From assembly GCA_002633005.1 (NCBI GenBank), contig NMRA01000198.1:8045-72044 (forward strand): a DNA stretch of 64,000 nucleotides. The letters run 5' to 3'. The DNA is from Phoronis australis (Eukaryota > Animalia > Phoronida). Position 1 is the first letter of the stretch. Each line of letters opens with the position of its first letter. The translations under genes and the position numbers were made by a program. The notes under the pieces were generated by a model, which saw only the letters and a list, made by a program, of their open reading frames with translations, did not search any database and was not told where the DNA came from. Shown piece after piece: positions 1-11,829 of the stretch.

Positions 1-385
1 TATGTCTAGGATAACCAACCAACCTTATTTTAGCTCAAAATGACATGGAAAAAGGTTGCCTTCGCCTTTAAGCAGTCCTTGAAGGGGGCCATTGGTGACA
101 TTTAAGTGACCACCTTTTTCGTGTTTTTATTGACAAATTATTAAAGGGCCGCTCACGCAGAGAGGGCCCAATGTTGGAATTCAGTGATTACTTCTATTTT
201 CCTGTTTTTGTGAAATCGCACAAGCGGCTTTCATATTGAGGAATGTCATTTCTTGCTGAGTTACACGACGTGTGAAAGAATCAAATGTCACTCTTTCCCA
301 AGCTTAATGATTTTTAGTCTATCATACCACTTTAGACGGGATCCTCTCTCGGTGGGGCGGTTCGGGAAAATTGACCGTTTGGTCA

Positions 386-535
386 ATGGGCAGCGCACCA
401 TAGGGCGCTGGCGGGAGGGCTATAGCCCCACTTTTTTCAGTGCTACGCTGCATATGGTCTATAGGCGGTGCACTACGGGGGGACTGAGGGGGTTTTAGCC
501 CCCACTTTTTTCAGTGCTGTTCCCTGTGCCTCTAT
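386..535 (+). mobile_element. Short repeat (MITE-like), same family as 41762-41892
   Basis: Two internal units of 'ggcggtgcac...gctatagccccacttttttcagtgct'; close similarity to the copy at 41762-41892. Confidence 0.55.
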
Positions 536-2346
536 ACACCTCCGACATGTCTCTGCCAACCACTCACGAGTGGAAGTTGAGATTCCAAATTCATCAAAAA
601 CACAAAACATTAGTGCACAGCACAGAAGTTACCTTGTAAGAAATGACGATGCGTCACTGAACTTAGTTGAAGGCTGACTTGGGAAAATTCTACCAATCAT
701 CAGACCACCATGTCGCAATGAAGTACTATAACGATGACAGTGATAAGTTCATGAATGTCGAACAGCTCTAAATGCTTTATTGAATCAAAAACTAGACTAG
801 TGAAATTTAAACAATTGTAAACCGTAGATCGAAAAATAAGTTCAAGTCATTGTTCATAAATTTGTAAAGATTGTCTTTGCATTTCCTTGTCACAGTAGTA
901 TTGTGCAATGAATTTTAGTGGCTCTTCAAAACCGAATCGTTTGCTTGCCATTCCCGTGCATACTGCACAGGCTGGGCACGTCATGACTCAGTTACGTACC
1001 CACGTTAAAAATAAGGTGTAGTCATGCATTAGACCGGCGTAGAATCCGCGGCCAGTGATTGACGAGAAATGAACTTGAAGTGCAGGCGTTGAAGTGTGTA
1101 CATTTTTGGGACACACGTTCATTTTCCCCAGCCGCCCGGCAGAATCTGGACAAGTGGCCGCCGTTTCAACAAGGAATTTTGATGAGCTCTATAGGCCAAG
1201 GACTTCGGGGACCATACCTTTAAAAAAAATCTTCAGGGAATGACCCTATTAAAATGAACTTTTCCCGAAACCGTTGGGGATCAAAAAACGATCTTTGGAG
1301 CCAGAACACGGGCATAGGTTCGATCTAAGCCGCACGTCCCAAATGAATCGTAGCGGAGCTGACCAGCGACTAGCATTAGTTCATCGAATTGCACGTGCAT
1401 GGATCAGACTTCCCGAGGACCGCCACGACACCGGCCACCGTGGCTTAGGGCTAACGCTACTGAATTTCTGCTTTCAAATCTGGATTTAAGCAAAATGACT
1501 AAGTCCGCGCATACACACACGCAAGCGTGTCCAAATACAATTAAATGTTTTTTCATGTGAAACCATACTCAATGTTCTTTGAACATTGACTTGGGTGAGT
1601 TCTTAGTTTTCTTGGAGTCATACTAGGATATACCCGATCAAGTAGACTACTGCGTTTCAAGTCATACACTATAGGCACCTGACGTTTCAAATTGGAAGCT
1701 CGCGCCGTATGACGTCATATGACGTAGCGATGCGAGCCTCATTTGCATATGTTAGTGACATCTGTTGGTTCAAAAAAGAGGCTCATGCCCGAGTACATGC
1801 CTGGGAAGAAGCATCTTTTGGAAGGGTAAACATGTCACGTTCAAAGCATCCCAGTGCCAGTAATATGCAGTCTCTGAGGACCAAAGTGGTGTCATTTTAT
1901 AGCTAAAGAGTTAATCTTTCAAAAATAATGCTTGGATTCCAGATAACTTGAACATTTACTTTTGAAATCACATTTGAAATCACGTTAAAATGCGCTAAAA
2001 CAGTTGTCCCTTCCTGGTTATCTCTTCCTGGTAATACTATAGAAAGTATAGTCTTGGATAATATAAATAGACTATATATATTAGTATGGAAACATAACTT
2101 ATAACAAAAATATACTATATAGGTTTAACGAATAAGCACTACTATCTAAAAATAATTGACCAATATGCTACTTATTAAATTACTTAACTAACTTACAAGG
2201 ACACTACAAATTCTCCTAATACCAAGGGTAAGGCACAAACCCCTGAATTTACAATAATGGGCAATTACCCAAGGGACTAGGAGAAAACCCGGGGCATAAG
2301 TTATGACCTAGGTACATCAGGACGCTGTACCGCCTCTAACAACTTG

Positions 2347-2875
2347 TTAGAGTTGGTAAAGCCGCGTGACGTTCCTGGTGGAAGTGGCCAGGAGATCACG
2401 CAGCGAACGGCGAGAGTGCTGCGCCAACTCCATAGCCACTTCGCCCAGGTATTGGGGCGCCATTGGGATTTACCCAATGGCGAGGTGTGGAGAATTGGAC
2501 TCCTACTGGAGTAGGAGTCGATTCAGCGGAACCTCCCCTTTTTATGGAACTTTATAAACCGCTTTACATGTGCGGCAAAGACGAAGTGGTTGTTTTTAAA
2601 GTACCCCAACCACCGGAGTACATCCTCAGGCGCACCTCCAAAACAGTGGAGATGCAAACCCAAGTCTGCACCACAGTGGCGCTTCAGGAGGTCAAAGACA
2701 AATTCCTGGCCCTCCTGGAAGCGTGGGTTGTCAAGGGAACCATGAAGGTGGATCACCACGACTTTGTTTTTGAGGCTGGGGGAACTGGCCCGGACCTTAG
2801 CAAAGATCCGCACCATCTCCTGCAAATCCTCTTTTTGAGTGGCGACCTCGTGGCGACTTGGTTTTTTAACCATTC
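2347..2875 (-). pseudogene. TatD-family DNase fragment, intronless and disrupted
   Basis: Minus-strand translation gives VVVIHLH...LHLHCFGG..EDVLRWL, then after a frameshift EVPLNRLLL(Q*)ESNSPHL...PQYLGEVA...STRNVTRLYQL*. This follows TatD C-terminal motif order (HxR/HCF, PLDRLLLETDSPY, P..V..VA, T..NA..LF). One frameshift, two internal stops, N-terminus missing, visibly higher GC than flanks. Confidence 0.75.
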
Positions 2876-2937
2876 TTAAATTTACTGTTTGTGTGTCAAA
2901 TGTTAAAATGCAATACGATAAAATCTGCAAAACTTAC

Positions 2938-3080
2938 CTTACAGTGGGGAGTTTGTGTGTTAAGTCTTTGAATAGATGCATTGAGCTGGTACCAAACATC
3001 CAAAATGTCCTAATTTGTTTAAGAAATTACTAATCTCCCAAGACTTCAGACTCGTTGCAAGTGAGCCAAACTCGTCATGG
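2938..3080 (-). other. Possible first exon of an unidentified transcript divergent from RBM45
   Basis: Strong minus-strand donor AAG|GTAAGT at 2938/2937; another minus-strand donor AAG|GTAACT near 632. No recognisable protein. Confidence 0.25.
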
Positions 3081-4012
3081 CAAAATTCAAACTCAACGCA
3101 CTGACGAGTCAAAATAGGCTGTGGAGTACACTGACTCAACAAAAGTAGCATTCCTGATACAAGCGCGGGACCCCAGATTGGCGCTATAAACTTCTAAAAT
3201 CGTCTATTTCTGTCAACAGCTAGTGTTGATCAGTGTGCTCACAGTCTGAGCATCGTTTTGAAAACGTCTCATTTGCTTTGCTTCGCAAAAGCAAAAATTA
3301 CACCATTGTATTTTTGCTTTGAGACAATCGTTGTATGAGTTTTTGAGTAGGTGCCGTGCGCTTCCACTTTATACTCCGGGCCCCGCAATTGCTGGCATTA
3401 CTGTAGGTTACATGACAACTGGGTCTGGGTAAAGATGACCCAGCAAGAACCAGACTATCAGTTCTGTGACACAGTAAGAGTTTTTAGTTCAATCCAGTTC
3501 TTATCACTCAAATAGTGTGTTTGTAGGAAACTGAACAGGGATTGGTAGAAATCACCGAATTTGGGTTTAGTACCCTTTAACAAGATCAGTTCCAAAAACA
3601 AATCTGTTTTTGCTTGTCATGATCAAGAATTTTTAAACATTGGAGCAAAATTTCTGGAGCCTGATGAGGGGAATTTCAAGAGAGAAATGGATCCAGGATT
3701 TGGCCTTAAAACTGAGGCATCTAGGGCCCTGATTAGAGATATCTATTCTTAATTTATTTATGAATTTGTGAATGACATATTTAGATCTCTATAAAACAGA
3801 GCTGAATTTAACAAAGTCTCACTCATCAGTGGATCTAGAGAATCTGTCGCCCAATTACTATGGGAACCTAATTGTTTAAAGGATACCTGGGTGTGTTGCC
3901 CAACCCATTCTTGAACCTGTATACTACAAGAAACCTCTAGGCAAAGTTTCACCCAGTCCAACCCCAAATACCACATTTCTCCACTCTTATCATTAATCTG
4001 TTTTCCTTTCAG

Positions 4013-7000
4013 GAGGACCTCTGATCCCCCATTTAGTAGACTCTTCTTGATTGGTAAGCGTGGTCAGTTCAACGACGTTGAGAAGTTGAAAGCAAATTTT
4101 ACCCCATATGGCAATGTGAAGGATGTGTTTGTGTTGATGGAGAAATCTATGGAGAGAGACAAAGGTGTGTAAGCCACTTGTACTGTCACAAAGGAAGGTC
4201 TTTATTATTACTCTTCTTCTTTTCACTCATTGCACTATTCACTATATTTGAAAAGGTCTGATACGTGTGTAGAGAGGCATGTTTGGCATGCCAGAATTGT
4301 CTGCTAAAAGTGATTGAATTAGTATTGTAACATTGCATTGTGGTACTTGTGTTTCATTCTTTGCCTGCAAAATGGGCAACGTGTTCAGCTAGTTAAAGTA
4401 ACTTGTTATAACAATTTAATATTAACAATTCAAGGAAGATTGGGATGTGAAAACACACAATAAAGATTGAGCCTTGATTCTATGTTTGCCCAGATGTAGA
4501 AGTCATTGTGTATTGCAGGTTTAGCCTACGTTCAGTTCACGAAGACTTCAGAAGCTGCCAAAGCTCTGGATGATCTCAATGGCAAGTCATTCCTAAATGA
4601 TGACAGACCTATCAAGGTAATGCATGTCAGCTGTTTGTAACACCTGTCGGGATGCCTAGACTTACCTGCTTGTGCAATCACCACCAAATTTTTGTCACAG
4701 AATTATAGTTGGAGACTATGCCTCGTACTCCTAAGGATGCTAGAAATCCTTCTGTCACTTGGTTACCTATTTGAAGACATGGCTGACAAATACTGTGCAT
4801 TGGGTGTATGAGTAGTATTGTCAAGTTTTGTTCAAGTGAACACCAATGTCCTTATTACTAACACCAGGCATGTGTTCAGTAGACGCTAGGACCTACGCTA
4901 GGACCTAGCTAAAACCTAGTCAAAGTCATGTGTTCTCATTTAAAATACACGGCAATATCTCACGTAATCTCGCGAAGTCTTGCTTTTTAGCGAGGTCCTA
5001 GCGTTACTGCTGGTTGCATGCAACACTATGGAATTGCCTAATAATGACATTGGCTTAAGTTTATTGAGTGAATATTTTATTCATAAAAATAATCTAACCT
5101 TGTTCAAATTTAAATTGTTTTTATATTAAAAGTGTCCACCAGTGTTTATTATGGTATTTCTGCCATTTGATTGACTGAGATGTGGTACAACAACCTGTAG
5201 TATAGCATAAATGACCAACTGAAGATGGATATCACTTTTCATTCTGATGTCACCTTAGGGACAAGTCCAAGTTGTTATTGTTGCCCTTAATAGGTGATTC
5301 CAGCCTGCAGTTCTGGGGGGAAGAAGGAGGCTGGTGAGGAGACAAAGATGTTACGACTGTTTGTCAAGATTCCTGTAGAGTGGGACGAGGACAAATTTAA
5401 ATCTGCTTTTGAGGTCAGTTACTTGCATGCCCATCTATGTCAGTTTGATGCTGCACAATGTCACATAAACCAACTTGTGATTCAAACCATTCACAATACG
5501 TTATGGAATTGGTCTCAATTGTACCTTTGTCAAAATAGGTGTGAATTGTACCTAAGTCAAGATTGGTGTGAATTCTGGGTTTGGAAAGAACCTATAGTTT
5601 GTTGTTGCTTGTGGCCAGGCTGTTCAAGTAAACTTATCAATTGTATCATTTTATTTGCCGATCATAATGTCTAACAATAATGAACTGTTAGTTCTTTGCA
5701 AGAAAAAAATTTCTTATCGTGTTACTTAACATCTAGTTGAAGCCCGTTTCAAAGTAGTAAGTGGTCTATATCCAAAGTTAGTGCCTTTAGTGGAATGTGG
5801 GTTTATTAGCGTTGGAATTTGTCAAAGTACAATCTTCAAATTGTGAGTTACACGATAAATTCTTCACGTGATCTCCTCTCACATCAAAAAACATAAGAAT
5901 GGAGTTTAGCAGGAAGTGGTTGAGTGCGCTGCTTAATGGCATTCATCAGAACACCGTGAAGGGTCTAAGTCCTTCAAGTGCATATACCCTTGTTGAACTC
6001 TACAAATCACAGTTGTTTGAGCCACGCATCGTGCATATTAATCCAAAAGGTTCTCGTTCACACTGTTTTGATTCGTGTTTGTGATGACTTGTCGCACACA
6101 ATTCTCTGCTGCCTTCTGTTTTTCAGCCTAATGGATTCGAAATGACACCGCGTAAATAAAATCGTTTAAAGAAACCTTATTGGTGAATGTTTGGTTTATT
6201 TATGGTGTAGTCAGACTTACTAGCCTCGTGTTAATAGATTACACTGGCTGGACTTAATGAATAGTTAGAGAGGAGCACTTGAACAGGGCTCAACACTAAC
6301 GGTTGCCCGATTGCCCGTGTACATGTAGATTTTGCGTCGGGCAAGTGGAATTTGAAAAGTACTTGCCCGATGGGCAAGTTAAAAAGCTAGCCGCATAGGC
6401 AAGTAGATCCTAAGATTGTCTGCTCGACATTTGCTCCAAAGTAATGAACCCCCGACACAAGCTTAAAAACCGTCGAAAAAGCTCCTGTGGCCGTCAAAGA
6501 AACTCCCGTCTTCGAATGAGCACCGAAAGGAAAATAGAACGAGTGTGATAAAGCGTGCACAGATGACGCTCGCGGTCAAATCCTTTCGATTCTCTGAACG
6601 TGCCCTGCAGTTTCTGAATAAGTTGTCACGTGATACTACTGATCGTCTGCACTCTGGCAAAACGTCTAAACATGGAAGCCGTCCAGGCCTGGACGGCATT
6701 GGTTTAGTTACTGAAAAACGAGTTCAGGAAGAATCAAAGCAATAATATGAAACGAAAAGAGTGCGGGGATGGGTTCCATCATGGGAAATTAGGTTTTCTG
6801 GAATGCGAGACAGTGAACAAGGGATGACGTTTGATTTTTGCCGGCGTTTACCCATGTACAGCTGGATGCACCGCGTTCGTCAGCGGATGTAAGTCATACA
6901 GATAAGCGCAAAAGCTAAAAAGTGAATGATTGACGACATATTTTCTACACTACACAGCAGTTTAAAAGGCCTTGTATTTATTCAGGGGGAATTCCAAAGG

Positions 7001-10000
7001 ACATTGATTATTCTTATGAATTTCCCGGCTCCCAGTGGCGACTCCCGAAAGAAGAGGAATACCGTCTTCGGGATTGCCGTTCTGAAGTCTGAAGGGTGAC
7101 TTTTTCGCGGTCTATCTATTTTTCAAAAATGTAATTATTTGTTGAAAATAAAAGTACATGTGGCATTATTATATGTTAAAATTTGATTTTAATTTAATAC
7201 AAGGTACCGATGACCAAAACTGTGCAAGATTTTTACGGATAGCAAAAATTGAAACTCAAGTTTAATGCATGAGTGCGTATAAACTAATGAATACACAGAA
7301 GTGTCTAGAGTTCATACCCTAGCTCATTTCAGCGCCTGTGAACGTGTGACAATGGTTCAGATACCTGAGTTACTCTTCTAATTTGTCTCTCTAGTGTTTT
7401 GACACACCTTATAAATAAATGTTCTATAAGAAGAATCGTTAAAAAAATAGCAACTCATGTATATAGCGTGCACAACACAAGAGGAGGCTCAGCACAGGCA
7501 GCCCTACGGTAACACATTACCTATGTGCACATGCACAGTGCTATTTGGGATTGTACTTGGGGCAAGTGAATTCGTTGTTCGGGCAAGTAAAAATTTCAAC
7601 TACTTGCCCGAAGGGCAAGAGGCTTAAAAAGTTAATGTTGAGCCCTGTTGAAACTTGTTTACTCTAGGGTTTGTTAACTTTGCCTGTGTTTTTTTGTTGA
7701 GAAATGGTAACTGTCAACTGTGCTGACAATGATGGCAGAGCCACTGACTATTGTCCTGTAATTGGAACATGTTCTGTGCTAGATTACATTATTAACATGG
7801 TCTGTGCTAGATAACATTATTTTGTTTTTTTGTTATCAGGAGTTTGGCACAGTGGACAAAGTCAAAGTATTATATGACCACAGGACAAATAAACCCAAAG
7901 GTCTCGGTTTTGTCACCTACTTCAAGGCCTATGATGCTGCCATGGCGTTTGAAAACTGTGCAAATTGTAAGTCAAGCCAAATATCTGCGAAACTGTTTGA
8001 TTTAGTTCATCTGTAAAGTATTTTCTGAAAGTAGAAAGCATGTAGAATATGATTTTGGACAATATACCAACCATTGTTTTTTGTTTATTATTTAATCAGG
8101 GAACGCAGCTGTTAGTAAGTTAAAAACCAGTATATTAATCTCTCTAGTGTCAATGACATACATGGAAGTGATTAATTTATCTAAACTATGATTTTAATAT
8201 TCATGATAAGTGCTTGTAAACTGTGCCTTTGACTGGGCCATGAGGTGTTGTCGTGTCAATAAAACCTTCCTTTGACTGGATTATGTGACCATGTCTTTTT
8301 AGTAAAAGTAAAGCAAAAAAGGTGCATTTTATGTGTCAAATCTTCAATATAGCACCTTTATGCAACTGAAACATTAGTATTACTGACGCCAATTTGGAGA
8401 AGAACATATCAGAAAGTTTCATTTTTATCCAATCGGCCGTTTCATAGTTTTGATGTTTTGAATTTTGACATTTTCCAGGGTTACACATGGTAAATAGATA
8501 TTTCAACATTAATACATAAACTTGCTTTGCTAAGTGGGCCTACATCAGTTGTTTTGATTTGGGACGTTTTGTCAGTGTGATCGTTAAGAAAATTAAAGGG
8601 ACATTGTCGTTTCTATGGTCGAACAATGTATTTTGGAATCATTGTTGGATGGGATAGACTTTATTGACATTGATTAGAGATATAAGCAATAAAATTTGTT
8701 GTGTTTTTGTGATTTTTATTACAAATCCCCAGTTCCCAACTGTGTGCCAGACATTTGCTGAAATCATGACCTGTGACTTTACCAGTTAAGTACATGTAAC
8801 ATACTCTTATTTGTCATTTATCGAGTGTGATTTAGCTTCACCAACAGAGTGTTTGACTGAGACCGTGAGATTTCAAATTCGAATCACTGCTGGGACTGAT
8901 TTCAGGAAGCCGCTTTTGTCATTTTTTGTCACATCACTGAGTAGTTGGAGGATGCAGTAAACTATTGTACTTACAGAATGGTGAAAATTGAATGCTTGCT
9001 GGTTAGTTACTGTTGTTGTATCTATGACTTGGATCTCTCGTAGCACACAAACCTGTTTTTGCTGACATCAATCGTCCCGAGTCGAGAGATAGAGAGGACC
9101 GGGGACGCAGTCGTCACGAGTCGCCGCCTCGACGTGATGATTATGGGTTTGACCAGGACCCATTCCCTAGATACGGGAGACATGATGATAGAGACTCGTT
9201 TGGTCCCCCTTTGCGACACCATAATGACTTGCTAGCCTGGCCCTCAAGACATATGGGCCAGATGTTTCCAAGTAAGCACTTTGTGTTTGTTCAATGCTGC
9301 CAGACAGTACTGTCTCCTTATTGGTGTTCAATGCTGCCAGACAGTACTGTCTCCTTATTGGTGTTCAATGCTGCCAGACAGTACTGTCTCTTTATTGTTG
9401 TTCAATGCTGCCAGACAGTACTGTCTCATTGTTGTTCAATGCTGCCAGACAGTACTGTCTCCTTATTGTTGTTCAATGCTGCCAGACAGTACCGTCTCCT
9501 TATTGTTGTTCTTAGAGTTTCTTCTTGCTTGTCTTTACTGACAGGTTTTTTGTTGAAGCTAAAATTGCGCTATTGACATGTTTTCTACCACCATGTTACC
9601 CAAGTATAGATAAGTTCATGAAAGGCAACTCAGATGACACACAGTCTAATTACTTGCTGTTATGTGTTTCTGCACCGTGGCTTTTGACTTCAAATATCCC
9701 AAGTGTGTATGAGCTCTTCAACTGTCTGTTTGCAGACTCTGTCATGTCTCCAGTGGCAGACGTCCCTCACAATGGCAACTGCAGGTTAGGGGTCAGACTC
9801 TCTGGTAACTGTAGCAATGAAATGCTGACCAGGCTGTTTGGAATTATCCCCGGACTGGAGTTCTGCGATATCAACACTGATCCTGCTACCGGCACAGGTA
9901 TACATTGTCTTGCAAAGTGGGTGGATGTGAAGTTATCAAGTATTTACTATAAAACCATGTGGATACACGTCTTTAAATAGTTGAGGATATGTTTGTTAAT

Positions 10001-11829
10001 ATCATCCAGTTGTATGATGTCTTATAACTTGGCGATGATTATTGATTAAAAGATCTGAATCCTGATATAAATATGTATTAGCCAGAAAGGGTGTTCTTGT
10101 TAATTCACAATTGGACTTGCATATGACAACCATGTAAACTCATTGATATTTTTGTGTTGCTTTCTCATAAAATCTTGAGCTTTGCATCTCAGTTTGATGA
10201 TGCCTCTTTCAGCTATGGCCTTAGTGAAGTACTCCACCCCTCAGAGCGCAGCGTATGCCAAGAGTCAGCTGGACATGTTCGAATATCCACATATGTTCCC
10301 CATGAGGGTCGACTTTGTGGATCCACCTATGTGAGTATTCATGTGTAGATAGTGATGGTTTTAATCTGAATATTCACATGTAAGTAGTGGTGATATTGCT
10401 ATGAATATTCACAAAATAATAACTCTCATTATTCACCTAATACCCAATATAACGTCTCTGAATGTTACATGCGCCTTGACTGCACAGTCTTGCTCACATT
10501 TCAGGGACACAGGACCAGGAGCTAGCAATGACCAGATCCAACAGGTATACCGTCCACTGATTTCTGCTTTAGATCTCCAATATTAATAATATTCTTAAAT
10601 GAACACTTACTTTGATCTGATTTTTAAGAAAACATTCTGATAATTTTCAAATTTCTCCACTTGCTCAACATTTTATGTCAGTGCTCTTAGAACTGCTGTC
10701 AAGTTCTCTATTTAAGTCAAAATATGGATTTTGAATGTGGATACACCATGTGTTCAGTTCAACACTACAGATTGTCAGAGTTTCTTATGACCTGTTCAAA
10801 GGTAGTGGCATGTTACAATGTCCCCATCCTAGACTGATCATTTCAATTATTGCATACTGAAGCATATCTCACAAGTCCAGCAAAGGTGAGCCACATGTTA
10901 GCCAACGGTGTGCGAATGATGACTTGAGTAATGGTCCCTATGAAGTTGACAATGAATGCATCAATAGGTCCTTAACAATCCCAGAAGTGTTACATGACTG
11001 GCATTTTTGTTATTACTCCCCAGGCACTCAAAGTGCTTCAAGCTGCAGGTCTGAACACTAAGGCTCTAGCTGAACAACCCCGGGGTGGTGGTGCTCAGCT
11101 GGCCTCTGGAATTGAACTGCCACCGGAGAAACCTCTCTTGCCCATCAGCACCCCTCATGCGGAGCGCCTGTTCATAGTCTGTGAAAAGAGCATGTCTGAA
11201 CGGGCCCTAAGGAGTATCTTCTGCCGCTTTGGCAACCTTATCGAAGTGTTTCTTCTCCCTGGTGAGTTCTGGTCTTATTTGACGGAGGGGCCAGTGAAGT
11301 GTTGTACGGTAATACTTTACTTAGCAAATAATGTGGCCCACAAGTGAAATTCTGTTATGTCAAATTTCTCCACATCAATGAAGGTGAAGAAAATTTTTAT
11401 TTGTTACTAGCACAGTATGTACTGTGTAGGTGTCATAAAACTTTTCTGCAATGTTTCCATTATTTGTAGCAAGTAATCTGACTTTGAAGCACGGAAAATG
11501 ACATTTATTGAGTGGAGAATTACTGTATTGGCATTTAAAAGGTAACATTTTGATGATGATTTATCAAGGTTACCCTCCAAGTGAGTGTGTTCACAGTTTA
11601 ACACACTTCAATGACTAGTAGTTTGTGGTCATTGTAAATAGGGGTGCGTTTGCTTTGTCGCAGCAAGTTCAAATTTCTTGGTGTGAATGTTACAGGACGT
11701 AACCACGGGTATGCAAAGTTTGGGTCCAAAGACAGCGCTAGTGAGGCTGTGCGCGTTCTTCATCGCCAGGATGTGTTTGGCTGCTTTATGAAGGTCATGA
11801 TAGCTGACCCTGAGAAGGGGCCACAGTGA
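4013..11829 (+). CDS. RBM45: RNA-binding protein 45-like (multi-RRM); N-terminal exon uncertain
   Basis: Phase-consistent exons 4013-4164, 4519-4616, 5294-5413, 7840-7966, 9044-9271, 9736-9897, 10213-10330, 10505-10544, 11024-11261, 11696-11829 (TGA). Motifs DPPFSRLF, KGLAYVQFTKTSEA, KGLGFVTYFKAYDAAMAFENC, LFGIIPGLEFCD, AAYAKSQLDMFEYP, ERLFIV..FCRFGNLIEVFLLPGRNHGYAKF, KVMIAD match RBM45 architecture. Tentative upstream exons 3435-3473 and 3527-3564. Confidence 0.88.
4875..5010. mobile_element. Small MITE-like inverted-repeat element in RBM45 intron
   Basis: cagtagacgctaggacctacgcta at the left is the near reverse complement of tagcgaggtcctagcgttactg at the right. Confidence 0.5.
6284..7647. 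mobile_element. Non-autonomous hAT-like DNA transposon (1364 bp) in RBM45 intron
   Basis: 17-bp TIRs CAGGGCTCAACAcTAAC / GTTAaTGTTGAGCCCTG (1 mismatch); repeated subterminal TTGCCCG/GGGCAAG motifs at both ends; flanking TTGAA direct repeat (6279-6283, 7648-7652); no transposase ORF. Confidence 0.85.
9287..9511. repeat. 37-bp minisatellite, ~6 copies, just after an RBM45 donor
   Basis: Unit gttcaatgctgccagacagtactgtctccttattg(g/t)t in near-identical copies. Confidence 0.95.

Noticed and set aside
2463-2879. 138-aa plus-strand ORF
   Set aside because: Antisense shadow of the GC-rich TatD fragment; no recognisable motifs.
9287-9511. 37-bp repeats of CRISPR-like length, and overlapping repetitive ORFs
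   Set aside because: Head-to-tail units with no unique spacers, no cas genes, and located in a eukaryotic intron; this is a minisatellite and the ORFs are by-products.
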